This document shows positions 20,629 through 30,142 of a stretch of DNA of 64,000 nt, in pieces. The notes beneath the pieces are model-generated. The model ran no database searches, was not told the origin of the DNA, and saw nothing but the letters and a program-made list of their open reading frames with translations. This stretch comes from Candidatus Poribacteria bacterium. Its GTDB lineage: Bacteria; Poribacteria; WGA-4E; PCPOR2b. The DNA is taken from assembly GCA_965116925.1 (NCBI GenBank), contig OZ220744.1, positions 1,600,001 to 1,664,000 of the forward strand, read 5' to 3'. Both the position numbers and the translations under genes were made by a program. Within the stretch, counting starts at the first letter, position 1, and the number at the start of each line of letters is the position of its first letter.

Positions 20629-22169
20629 ATGTATAGAAAGGAACACTTTATTTCAATTTTTGTCTTCCCAGTTTTGGTGACCTTACTTTTAGGTGCTTTC
20701 ACGCCGGCTTTTTCTGAGAATGGGGCAGAAACCGATGTAAGTTTCACACTGCAACTGCTCCATGCAGCAGACATGGAAGGGGATATTGAGGCACTTGACA
20801 ACGCCCCACGATTCTCATCGGTACTGAATGCACTTAAAGCCGAATTTGAAAATACTGTTATCATCGGAGCGGGCGATAGCTACATCCCTGGACCGTTTTC
20901 CGCAGCGGGTAATGACCAAAGCCTTCGCGATATCTTAGGGCGTGAAGGATCGGGCCGGGCGGACATTTTGATACTCAATGGAATGGGATTTATGGCGGCA
21001 GCACTCGGCAACCATGAATTTGACACAGGCACTGGTACACTCGCAGGGTTGATTCGGAATGATGGTAGAGGTTACGCCGGTACTGCGTTCCCACTCCTGA
21101 GTGCAAACTTGGATTTTAGTCTTGATAGCAACTTTGCAGATCTCGTTGTCGATGCAGGGCAGGAGGCAAGCACGATTCCAAACAGTATCACTAAGAGTGT
21201 GGTCATCACAACGTCTTCGGACGAAAAGATTGGTGTTGTTGGCATAACTACACCATGGCTCGGCAGTCTATCCAAGTCAGGAGATGTCGGGATTGCCCCT
21301 GAAGATCCAGATGATATTGTGGCATTGGCGGCGATCGTCCAAGAATCTGTTGATGCGTTGACGGCAACCGGGATAGACTCGGTGCGACGGTCGTCATCGA
21401 ATATGATCCATCAGTTAGTAGCTTTATCGGCTTTACAGAAAGCTCTTCTGGCGCGGGTTTCCCTGTTGAAGGTGGGAAGGGTTATATTATCAACGTCCCT
21501 AAATCAAAGGTGGTTAGATTTACCGGCCGTGCGTGGAAAAATAGCTCGACGACAGCTGCAGCTGCGCCTACCCCTACCCAGACACCCAAAGTATGGGCGT
21601 TAGTTCTTCACGCGCAACTTGAAGGGATCGATGGCGTAACGTTGACCGTTCACAACCGGCGCACTGGCGTTTCGGAGATTGTTGATTTGAACGGATCGCA
21701 CGCTGTCTGGGCAGATATGAACCGTCGAACGGTTGCTTCCATCGGCGACACCCTAACGATTGAAGTACGCGATGCAAGTAGCGAACTGATTCGCATTCTG
21801 CATCACGAAATTGATGCAAAAGATATCCGTCGAGCGTTCACGGAACTGATATTGACTATAGAAGACCTTCAGCCGAGACAGACCGCGCTGCTCGCCAATT
21901 ATCCAAATCCGTTCAATCCGGAAACTTGGATACCGTACCAACTAGCAAATGACACAGATGCTAGGATTCGGATATACTCGCAGAAGGGAGAAGTCGTTCG
22001 ATCGCTTGACCTCGGGTTTCAGCGTGCGGGATATTATGTTGGCAAGTCACGCGCTGCTTACTGGGATGGTCGTAACGGTTCTGGTGAGTTGCTGGCTTCA
22101 GGTGTTTACTTTTATCAGCTGATGACTCCTGAATCAACGGCAACCCGAAAGCTGGTTATTGTGAAGTAA
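20629..22169 (+). pseudogene. Secreted 5'-nucleotidase/metallophosphoesterase disrupted by an out-of-frame internal deletion; 3' part is the FlgD-like C-terminal module
   Basis: LQLLHAADME, AGD, LGNHEFD, LSAN, IGVVG motifs end abruptly at ...ATGID (about 21378). The next bases read in another frame LGATVVIEYD...GFPVEGGKGYIIN...ANYPNPFNPETWIPY, homologous to the tail of 43159-44988. Confidence 0.75.
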
Positions 22170-22191
22170 GACGTTGTGACATATTCATAAC

Positions 22192-22438
22192 TATGGCAAA
22201 TTTCAGAATCAATTAGACACTGTGGACGAGCGGGATCAGGAACCCTGTGCACAGAGTTACGGCACACGGAGTGTGCCTACTACCTTTAATGTCTCTTTAT
22301 TTTAGCTCATGTTAAGAATGAGTGCAACAGAAACTAAGTTTTTGGCACGGGCGGGGAAACCAGATGCCCCGCCTACGGTTTCTTCCGATATTTCGCACTT
22401 TCTTTTTAAATGTGCCTTTATTTTTAGGATCTACTACA
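22192..22438. repeat. Composite MITE/REP-like intergenic element
   Basis: Left end ~21/30 identical to the TIR of 7026-7158; contains GGCACAC-GGA-GTGTGCC-TAC hairpin and the 30-bp REP copy. Confidence 0.45.
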
Positions 22439-22466
22439 AATAGCCCTATAGTGGCTGCAAAAAAAC

Positions 22467-22494
22467 TTGACAACAATTAACACAATAATATACT
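22467..22494 (+). promoter_or_regulatory. Sigma-70-type promoter for the TonB-dependent receptor
   Basis: TTGACA-16 bp-TATACT. Confidence 0.45.
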
Positions 22495-22646
22495 ATTTTA
22501 TTGAGGTGAAAAATATCCGATAACATCGGCTGCAATTGACTAAGTATCCAATTTCAACCGATCGGATCCCTCAATCGTTTTGTCGCCATGTCAATTCTTA
22601 TGTATCTAATTCAAATTAACAACCTAATTAAGGAGTCTAACTAGCT

Positions 22647-25244
22647 ATGTTTCAAACAGGGAAAATAGCACTAATTTTGTTTAGTGTTATTGCATCACTT
22701 TTTGTCCTGTCTATCGCTGCGGCGCAGGAATCAACTGAAGCTGAGATGTCAGATGATGCTGAGATGTCAGATGATATGGAATCTGATACGGCAGCTGAAG
22801 AAGATGTTGTTGAGCTTGAAGAACAGGTAGTGATCGGTTCAAGAGCGCGCCCTCGTTCTGTTATTGATTCAGCGGTGCCTATTGACACCATTCGCGGTGA
22901 TGATCTCGCCAAGCAAGGTGTTACGGATTTACAAGATATGTTTAGAAATTTGGTGCCTTCTTTCAATGTTAACACCCAACCAATTAGCGACGCGGGAACG
23001 GTTGTTCGACCTGCGAATTTGCGAGGATTGGCACCCGACCACACATTGGTGCTAGTCAACGGTAAACGGCGTCATCGTGCGTCGGTGATTCACTGGTTAG
23101 GTAATGGATTGGCTGATGGTGCCCAGGGCCCTGACCTGTCTGCCATCCCGGCGATCGCGTTAAGGCAGGTAGAGGTGCTCCGGGACGGAGCTTCCGCCCA
23201 ATACGGTTCCGATGCCATCGCAGGGGTGATGAACTTCCAACTCAAGGATAGCCATGAGGGGGGGGCGATTGAATTCAAGCCCGGTATTTATCAGTATGGG
23301 GATGGTCGCCAATACGCGGTCGCCGGTAATATCGGTTTGGGTAGTGAGGAAACGTGGACCAACCTGAGCTTAGAATATGGCGGTGCTGATCCCACCATCC
23401 GCTCGGTCCAACGCGATGATGCCAAAGCGTTAGAGGGAGCAGGCAACATCAGTGTGAGAAACCCTGCACAAATTTGGGGACAACCCATTGTAGAAGGCGA
23501 TCTAAAATTCTTCGCCAACTATGGAAGCGTTCTGACGGATAACATCGACTTCTATGGGCACGCCAACTATGCTAGAAAGCGGGTTGAAGGTGGTTTCTAT
23601 TTCCGAAATCCCAACACCCGTAGCGGTGTGTTTAGCACTGACGGGGGTGATACTTTGCTAGTTGGAGATTTGTCAGGCGGTGAATACCCCAATATCCCCA
23701 TTACCGACCATAAGCCTGATGCCGCAGAGTTAGCAAAGGTGTTCGCAGATCCCAATCTGTTCACCTTCCAAGAGATGTTCCCGGGCGGATTCACGCCGAG
23801 ATTTGGGGCAAATACAGTGGATAGTTCTGTTCTTGTTGGAGTTAAAGGCTCCGCTTTGGAATCTCTGCTTCCTTCAGGATTGGGTTGGGATCTGAGTGGC
23901 TATTTTGGACGACACCATGCCGATTTCTTTATCTTCAACACCGTCAATGCCTCTCTGGGTCCCGATACACCTACCGATTTCGATCCGGGCGACTACATCC
24001 AGACCGATTACAACCTTAACTTTGATGTGACGCACCAACTCAATGAGATGCTGTTCTTCGCGTCAGGTTTGGAATATCGGAACGAGGGTTTTGAGGTGAT
24101 AGAGGGACAAAGAGAATCCTATCAGATTGGTCCTTTGGCAGGGCAAGGCTTCAGTGCCGCTTCTAACGGGTTTTCAGGGTTCAGCCAAGTCGCTGCAGGC
24201 GAATGGGATCGCGCTAATGTTGCGGCCTATTTGGAAAGTGAAATCAACCCTCTCAAACACTGGCTGGTCGCTCTTGCCGGGCGCTTTGAAGATTTTGAGG
24301 ATTTTGGACAGACCTTCAACTACAAGGTCGCCACCAATATTGGCGTTACAGACTTTCTTGAGGACGCCAATCTGATAGGCAATGATGCGATGATCCTGAA
24401 ATTCCGTGGCAGTTATAGCACAGGATTCAGGGCACCGACCCCAGGGCAACAAAACACCTTCAATGTTACGACCGAGTTCAATTTTGAAAAGAATGATTTG
24501 GTCAATAACGGAACGATTCCTTCAACCAACCGAGCCGCTGCGTTGGTGGGCGGTAGGGCACTTGAGCCCGAAACCTCCACAAACTTCACCAGTGGTTTTA
24601 CCTTTGAGGTAAGGGATATAAACCTCACGGTAGACCTGTTTGATATTCGGATGCAGGACCGGCTAGCTCTGTCCCAAGACTTCGCACTGAGCGAAGAACA
24701 GAAGGAAGAGTTGCTTAAGGCTGGTGTGACTAGCGCGGCAAACCTACAGGAATTCCGATTCTTTACCAATGACTTTGATACAACAACCCAAGGTATTGAT
24801 ATTGTTCTGACCGTACCAGTACCGAATGGTGATGTTACCGCTATCTATAACCGCACGGATACGACCGTTACCGACTTCAACCCGGAAACGCTCGACGACC
24901 TGCGGATTAAAGAGTTGGAAGAGAACCTACCGAAACAACGTGCAAGTCTCACAGTAACCCAATCCATAACGAGCCAATGGAGCGTTCTGGGTCGGGGTAG
25001 CTATTTCGGCGACTGGTACGATTCTGAGGATGATGAGACTTACACCGGCAAGGTACTTTTTGACTTGGAATCGAGTTACATGGCGGCTTCCGGCATAATC
25101 ATCACGTTGGGTGTCCAGAACCTTCTCAACACCTATCCCGACGAAAATCCGAAGTCGGGTAATATTGGCAACCAATACGGTCAATTTAGCCCATTCGGCT
25201 TTAATGGGGCGTACTGGTATGCTAAGTTTGGTTACACTTTCTAA
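22647..25244 (+). CDS. TonB-dependent outer-membrane receptor
   Basis: Signal peptide, EEQVVIGSR TonB box, plug LRGL.PDHTLVLVNGKR / VEVLRDGASAQYGSDAIAGV, STGFRAP, C-terminal YTF. Confidence 0.93.
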   Translation: MFQTGKIALILFSVIASLFVLSIAAAQESTEAEMSDDAEMSDDMESDTAAEEDVVELEEQVVIGSRARPRSVIDSAVPIDTIRGDDLAKQGVTDLQDMFRNLVPSFNVNTQPISDAGTVVRPANLRGLAPDHTLVLVNGKRRHRASVIHWLGNGLADGAQGPDLSAIPAIALRQVEVLRDGASAQYGSDAIAGVMNFQLKDSHEGGAIEFKPGIYQYGDGRQYAVAGNIGLGSEETWTNLSLEYGGADPTIRSVQRDDAKALEGAGNISVRNPAQIWGQPIVEGDLKFFANYGSVLTDNIDFYGHANYARKRVEGGFYFRNPNTRSGVFSTDGGDTLLVGDLSGGEYPNIPITDHKPDAAELAKVFADPNLFTFQEMFPGGFTPRFGANTVDSSVLVGVKGSALESLLPSGLGWDLSGYFGRHHADFFIFNTVNASLGPDTPTDFDPGDYIQTDYNLNFDVTHQLNEMLFFASGLEYRNEGFEVIEGQRESYQIGPLAGQGFSAASNGFSGFSQVAAGEWDRANVAAYLESEINPLKHWLVALAGRFEDFEDFGQTFNYKVATNIGVTDFLEDANLIGNDAMILKFRGSYSTGFRAPTPGQQNTFNVTTEFNFEKNDLVNNGTIPSTNRAAALVGGRALEPETSTNFTSGFTFEVRDINLTVDLFDIRMQDRLALSQDFALSEEQKEELLKAGVTSAANLQEFRFFTNDFDTTTQGIDIVLTVPVPNGDVTAIYNRTDTTVTDFNPETLDDLRIKELEENLPKQRASLTVTQSITSQWSVLGRGSYFGDWYDSEDDETYTGKVLFDLESSYMAASGIIITLGVQNLLNTYPDENPKSGNIGNQYGQFSPFGFNGAYWYAKFGYTF

Positions 25245-25328
25245 ATGGGTGAAACGTAAGAATAATGCGTAATACGTAAGATTTTTTATGTATTACGTAT
25301 TATACTTCATTTGAATCAATGAACCAAT

Positions 25329-25393
25329 AAAGTGAAACTCAACACTAATAACCAGTGGATCGGTTGAATTAGGTGTTGGGTTTCACTTTTTTT
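25329..25393 (+). terminator. Long hairpin followed by T-tract downstream of the TonB receptor
   Basis: AAAGTGAAACTCAACAC / GTGTTGGGTTTCACTTT(TTTT). Confidence 0.5.
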
Positions 25394-25525
25394 ATTTATG
25401 CCTAACGCAAGTTGTTACTTATGAGGAACATGACAAACCGGATGGACGCTAAAGGGCTGGCTTTGTTTTAGCGTTCAATCCAACTCCGTTCCAAGCATCT
25501 GCGACCTACCACCGAACAAGGCTAT

Positions 25526-25541
25526 TGGCATCAATCTTGCA
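25526..25541 (+). promoter_or_regulatory. Sigma-54 (-24/-12) promoter upstream of the globin kinase operon
   Basis: TGGCAT-CAATC-TTGCA (GG-N10-GC). Confidence 0.7.
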
Positions 25542-25700
25542 TTCGGATTGATGACCCAAATTATATTGTTGACTTACGTAAAAACTGGGTGCAATGATTG
25601 GATAAATGTGCTAAACTCTTAGGCGCAGATTTCCGAATACTCAATCTAATCTCAACCCGAGGATTGATAACTGAATCTCGCTTAAGGGGACTCATGATAA

Positions 25701-26933
25701 ATGCCAACCGAAAAGAACAAGATTGAAGCTGAAGTCAATCGCCACGATGATTTACAAACCCGTCTATCGTTCCTGAAGTTTAATCAGCAGGATGAAGAAC
25801 ATCTCAAAGCACTCGCAGAGGTTTTCGCTCCCCACATTCCCAATATTGTACACAGTTTCTATCAACACCTACAAGGATTTGAAGAAACCGCTTCGCTGCT
25901 GACTGACGAACTGATTACGAAGCGGTTATTAGATGTACAACAACGCTATCTTGAGAGATTGACAGAAGGAAATTATGACCAACAGTATGCGGCAGAACGT
26001 TCGCAAATTGGGCATACCCACAATCGCGTTGGACTGGAACCGAGATGGTATATTGGGACATACAATTTGTATATCCATCTCTTAGTTCCGTTGATATGTG
26101 AGGCGTACCGCGATGAACCAGAGCGTAGCCAGAATGCCATCCTCGCTCTGACGAAGGTGCTCATGTTGGATATGCAACTGGCAATCGAAGCATATATTGA
26201 GCGGCAACAGTTAGAAGCACAGATTATTCAATCCGAGAGATTCGCTGCAATTGGGCAACTGGCAGCCCGGGTCGCTCATGAACTTCGCAACCCGCTATCC
26301 TCGGTAGAATTGAATTTAGATTTGCTTGCCGATGAAGTCGCCGATGGTCCAGAGATGGATGTCGCGGAGGCGAACGACCTGCTTAAATCTATTCACAATG
26401 AAGTTGAACGGTTGGCTAACATTGTTTCAGAATATCTGGTGTTTGCAAGATTGCCTCGTTTTGAATTTGAGCACGAATCTCTCAATACTGTCGTACAGGC
26501 ATTTTGCGACTTTATCGAACCACAGTTACAGCAAGCCCAAATCACGTTTTCGATAGAACTCGCTGAGAACTTGCCTTTCACCTTATTGGATGCCGAACAG
26601 ATCCAATGTGTTTTGCATAACCTGTTCAAAAACGCCATCGAAGCCATGCCTTCAGGTGGCGAATTTTCGATCCAAACTAGTGTTAGATCTTCTCGGATTG
26701 TGCTGCGAATTTCCGACACAGGCGTGGGCATCCCGCTACCAGATCAGAAACGGATCTTTGATCCCTTTTTCACTACCAAGAAAGGGGGAACCGGTTTAGG
26801 CCTTTCGCTTGCTGGGGAAATCATCAAACATCATCAGGGGACAATTCTTTGTAGGAGTGTTGTTGATCAAGGTACAGAGTTTATCATTACGTTTCCAATA
26901 CGGGACGAGGAATTGAACGAAAGTGGAACATAG
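25701..26933 (+). CDS. Globin-coupled (protoglobin/HemAT-type) sensor histidine kinase
   Basis: N-terminal sensor globin (SFYQHL, IGHTHNRVGLEPRWYIGTY), H-box AHELRNPL, NLFKNAIEA, DTGVGI, FDPFFTTK, GTGLGL; no TM segment. Confidence 0.9.
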   Translation: MPTEKNKIEAEVNRHDDLQTRLSFLKFNQQDEEHLKALAEVFAPHIPNIVHSFYQHLQGFEETASLLTDELITKRLLDVQQRYLERLTEGNYDQQYAAERSQIGHTHNRVGLEPRWYIGTYNLYIHLLVPLICEAYRDEPERSQNAILALTKVLMLDMQLAIEAYIERQQLEAQIIQSERFAAIGQLAARVAHELRNPLSSVELNLDLLADEVADGPEMDVAEANDLLKSIHNEVERLANIVSEYLVFARLPRFEFEHESLNTVVQAFCDFIEPQLQQAQITFSIELAENLPFTLLDAEQIQCVLHNLFKNAIEAMPSGGEFSIQTSVRSSRIVLRISDTGVGIPLPDQKRIFDPFFTTKKGGTGLGLSLAGEIIKHHQGTILCRSVVDQGTEFIITFPIRDEELNESGT

Positions 26934-26988
26934 AACAAGCCGCTACCTAAATCACCAAAACACATCACACACTGGAGGGGCGATAATC

Positions 26989-28353
26989 ATGAATTCAGAT
27001 AAATTAGTTCTCGTGGTCGATGATGATGCGCCTATTCGAGATTCCCTTGAAAGGATCCTAAAGCGTGGCGGATACACTATCCAAACTGCCGCGGATGGCG
27101 AATCCGCTTTAGAATTGATTCGTCGGTACCCGGTCAATCTGATTCTCGCCGATTTGAGAATGCCCAACATGGACGGATTACAGTTGCTCAAAGCTGCCAA
27201 ATTACTTTCCCCCGAAATCGAGGTCATTCTGATGACAGCCTATGGTGAAGTGGATACAGCTGTTGAAGCGATGCGAGCCGGTGCGTTTCACTTTATTCAA
27301 AAACCGTTGAAGCGTTCTGAAATTTTGCTCACCATCGCCCGTGCTCTTGAAAAACAGATGTTGGCTATAGAAGTCCAATCCCTACGGAAACAGATAGACG
27401 CCGAATATTCTTTGGAGAACATCATCGGAAAAAGTCCCGCTATGCGTCAATTGATTACAAAGGTGCAACAGGTTGCATCAAGCACTGCTAGCGTCCTAAT
27501 CACCGGTGAAAGTGGGACAGGCAAAGAAGTTTTTGCTAACGCAATCCATGCTTTAAGCCCAAGAATAGATAAACCGATGATTAAAGTGAATTGCGGCGCG
27601 TTCCCCGATACCCTGTTGGAATCCGAGCTTTTTGGATACGAAAGAGGGGCATTCACAGACGCTAAAGTAAGCAAGCCTGGACGTTTTGAACTCGCGGATG
27701 GAGGAACACTCTTTTTAGATGAAATTGGCGAAATGCCTAAGCCACTACAAGTGAAGTTGTTACGGGTTCTGCAAGATGGCAAATTTGAGCGACTCGGTGG
27801 GACCAAATCCCTCAGTGTGGATGTGCGCTTAATCGCGGCTACAAACAAGGATTTGGCGGCGGAAATCGAGGCAGGTAATTTTCGGGATGACCTGTTCTAT
27901 CGGCTCAATGTGATTACCCTCGAACTCCCACCACTACGCTCTCGCAGGGAGGATATTCCACTGCTTGTAGACTGTTTCGTAAAAAAATATAGTGAAAAAA
28001 CAGAGAAACCGATCCGAGGTATTTCTCGTCAAGCGTTGGAGGCACTTGACGACTATCATTGGCCGGGCAATATTCGCGAGCTGGAAAACGCAATTGAACA
28101 AGCAGTGGTGTTAACACAATCTAATGACATCGAACAGATAGATCTTCCGGTATCAATTCACAAGGGGGATAAGGCCCCGGCTTATTCTGAGGATCTGAAG
28201 TCGATTGTTGTGCCTTTAGGAACACCTATGGAAGATATTGAACGAAAAGTGATAGCCGAGGTGCTTTCGATGACTTCTGGCGACAAGGAATTGGCAGCGA
28301 AGTTGCTCCAGATTTCGTCACGCACTATCTACCGAAAACTGGAAAAGAATTAG
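26989..28353 (+). CDS. NtrC-family sigma-54-dependent response regulator (REC-AAA+-HTH)
   Basis: VVDDD, DLRMP, GESGTGKE, ESELFG, GAFTDA, LFLDEIGE, FRDDLFYRLNV, WPGNIREL, Fis-type HTH; start at MNSDK (RBS GGAGG). Confidence 0.95.
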   Translation: MNSDKLVLVVDDDAPIRDSLERILKRGGYTIQTAADGESALELIRRYPVNLILADLRMPNMDGLQLLKAAKLLSPEIEVILMTAYGEVDTAVEAMRAGAFHFIQKPLKRSEILLTIARALEKQMLAIEVQSLRKQIDAEYSLENIIGKSPAMRQLITKVQQVASSTASVLITGESGTGKEVFANAIHALSPRIDKPMIKVNCGAFPDTLLESELFGYERGAFTDAKVSKPGRFELADGGTLFLDEIGEMPKPLQVKLLRVLQDGKFERLGGTKSLSVDVRLIAATNKDLAAEIEAGNFRDDLFYRLNVITLELPPLRSRREDIPLLVDCFVKKYSEKTEKPIRGISRQALEALDDYHWPGNIRELENAIEQAVVLTQSNDIEQIDLPVSIHKGDKAPAYSEDLKSIVVPLGTPMEDIERKVIAEVLSMTSGDKELAAKLLQISSRTIYRKLEKN

Positions 28354-28397
28354 AGATGTTAATATAATAAAGATAATCCTACGACGGAGGAAACACG

Positions 28398-29159
28398 ATG
28401 ATCCAAAACATTCTCGTCGCGATCGGCGACACACCACATGAACAGAACGCCTTTGAATATGCTGGGCATTTAGCTGCGCTGCTAGACGCTCACCTTTCGT
28501 GCGTCTACTTTGCTGATGAAAGACATCGCGGTCAGGAAGACATTGCCGCTAGAGTTTTCGACAATACGGAATCAGTACTTGCTGAATTCGAGTTTTTATC
28601 CGCTCACGTTGATACTATCACTGGGAACCCTGTAAGAAACCTCTGTGAAAAAGCGCATACTGCCGATCTCGTCGTGGTCGGTATCCCTGAGTCAATCAAA
28701 ATGAAGGGATTACGGTTGATTCACGACAACATCGACGATATTCTGTCCCGCATAACGAAACCGACGATTGTTGTCCATGAGCAATGCACAGTTCTACAAA
28801 AAATTCTGACTGTCCATCACGGCGATGCAGCATCCGACCATGTTCTTGAATTGACAGCGGAGCTGGCAAAGCGAGCCGAGGCGAGCTTGTTCGGTTTATC
28901 ACTGGCAGATACGCAAGTGGGAGCAGCTGAGATCTCTGGACGGATGCGTGAATATCTTCGGTACTACCAAGTGGAAACAGAGTTCAGAGCGCAGTTGGGT
29001 TTTACTGTAACCAACATTCTGAATACAGCAACAGAAGAGGACTGTGATTTAATCGCGCTGAGTGCGAATCATCATGGGCGGTTGTATGAGCTGATTTTTC
29101 AGGACACGACGGAGATGGTTGTAAAACTCGCAGATCGAGCGGTGCTTGTCACCCGGTAG
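28398..29159 (+). CDS. Tandem-domain universal stress protein
   Basis: MIQNILVA, ADLVVVG, KILT, CDLIAL...VLV USP patterns. Confidence 0.8.
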   Translation: MIQNILVAIGDTPHEQNAFEYAGHLAALLDAHLSCVYFADERHRGQEDIAARVFDNTESVLAEFEFLSAHVDTITGNPVRNLCEKAHTADLVVVGIPESIKMKGLRLIHDNIDDILSRITKPTIVVHEQCTVLQKILTVHHGDAASDHVLELTAELAKRAEASLFGLSLADTQVGAAEISGRMREYLRYYQVETEFRAQLGFTVTNILNTATEEDCDLIALSANHHGRLYELIFQDTTEMVVKLADRAVLVTR

Positions 29160-29223
29160 TGCACCGACATAAAAAACTTGTGTCGGTTGGGAGTGCTTCC
29201 GCGGTTGGTTCGGAGTTAAGATA

Positions 29224-29892
29224 ATGTTGGAAGTTGAAGCAAAATTTCAGGTAACATCGCCACAGATATTTGATCAGATTCGATCGCAGAAGCGAGTGGC
29301 AGATTATACACTTTCGGATTGGACGAACAGTTCACAACTAGATACCTATCTTGACACAACGACCGGATTGTTCTTACGGACTGGTGCTTCCTTGCGGCTC
29401 AGGAAGAAGTTTCTCACAACCGGAGCTATCAAGGCGGGAACACAGCTCGTTACATTTAAAACCCAAGCCAAAGGGGTTTATACTCGTACGGAGCTGGAAA
29501 TGCCGATTACGAACCAACAGGTGCAAGCACTATTAAATGGAAATTTTGAGAGGGTTCATGTGGAGGCCGTGGAAGCGACTGTGCATCATCTAAAGGGAGA
29601 AAAGGTATTCCCTGTCCTGCATGTCGAAAACAGCCGTGAAACATGGCTCTTAAATGCGGATCCGGGTTGTATCGAAGTGTGTTTTGATGCAGTGCGGTAT
29701 GCGGATATGGATAGAACACAGTCTGTTCAGGAGTATGGCGTTGAGTTAGAACTCAAAGCCGGTGAACCTGTGTTCCTACAACAGATTGCTGACACATTAT
29801 CTCAACAGTATGATCTAATTCCGACCTTTCAATCGAAATATGAGCGCGGCGTAGCACTCTTGAATCTGTTCGCTGTCAACAGGGAGAGTTAA
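29224..29892 (+). CDS. CYTH domain protein
   Basis: EVEAKF, DTYLDT, LRLR, RTELE, VELELK, SKYERG. Confidence 0.88.
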   Translation: MLEVEAKFQVTSPQIFDQIRSQKRVADYTLSDWTNSSQLDTYLDTTTGLFLRTGASLRLRKKFLTTGAIKAGTQLVTFKTQAKGVYTRTELEMPITNQQVQALLNGNFERVHVEAVEATVHHLKGEKVFPVLHVENSRETWLLNADPGCIEVCFDAVRYADMDRTQSVQEYGVELELKAGEPVFLQQIADTLSQQYDLIPTFQSKYERGVALLNLFAVNRES

Positions 29893-29913
29893 AAAAAGGA
29901 GGTTACCAACGTT

Positions 29914-30096
29914 ATGACCAACGTAAAGAAAATCAAAGGTATTGCGCCGGAGAAAAATCTTGATCCGCTATTCGATACATGCGGGCGGCAAAGTATCAGG
30001 CGTTTTTGCAGCAATGGATTGCGCTTGAGGAGGCAGATTTCAAGGGTCAATTCCTTAAAATCGTTACAGATGAAAACCAATAGTGCCATTTCATAA
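29914..30096 (+). pseudogene. Short ORF, possible 5' remnant of a CHAD-type partner of the CYTH gene
   Basis: Strong RBS AAGGAGG before ATG; only 60 aa; follows CYTH. The CHAD identity is a guess from context and the N-terminal pattern. Confidence 0.25.
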
Positions 30097-30142
30097 CTGT
30101 TGATAATGTGAAGCTGAAACGTGCAGACAACTGGTTAAATTG

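Noticed and set aside
21510..22169. Independent 219-aa gene
   Set aside because: Homology to the shared tail extends upstream of the GTG to ~21378 with no signal peptide; it is the 3' half of the broken nucleotidase.
22343..22358. TGGCAC as a possible sigma-54 promoter for the TonB receptor
   Set aside because: No GC at -12 spacing; it lies within a repeat element.
22647..25244. TonB receptor as a NosA-like copper importer of the nos island
   Set aside because: It has its own promoter and terminator and no recognisable Cu-binding signature; adjacency alone is not enough.
25250..25310. Short CGTAA-type repeats here and purine-rich repeats at 40258-40350 as CRISPR or ncRNA
   Set aside because: No repeat-spacer periodicity; simple low-complexity intergenic repeats.
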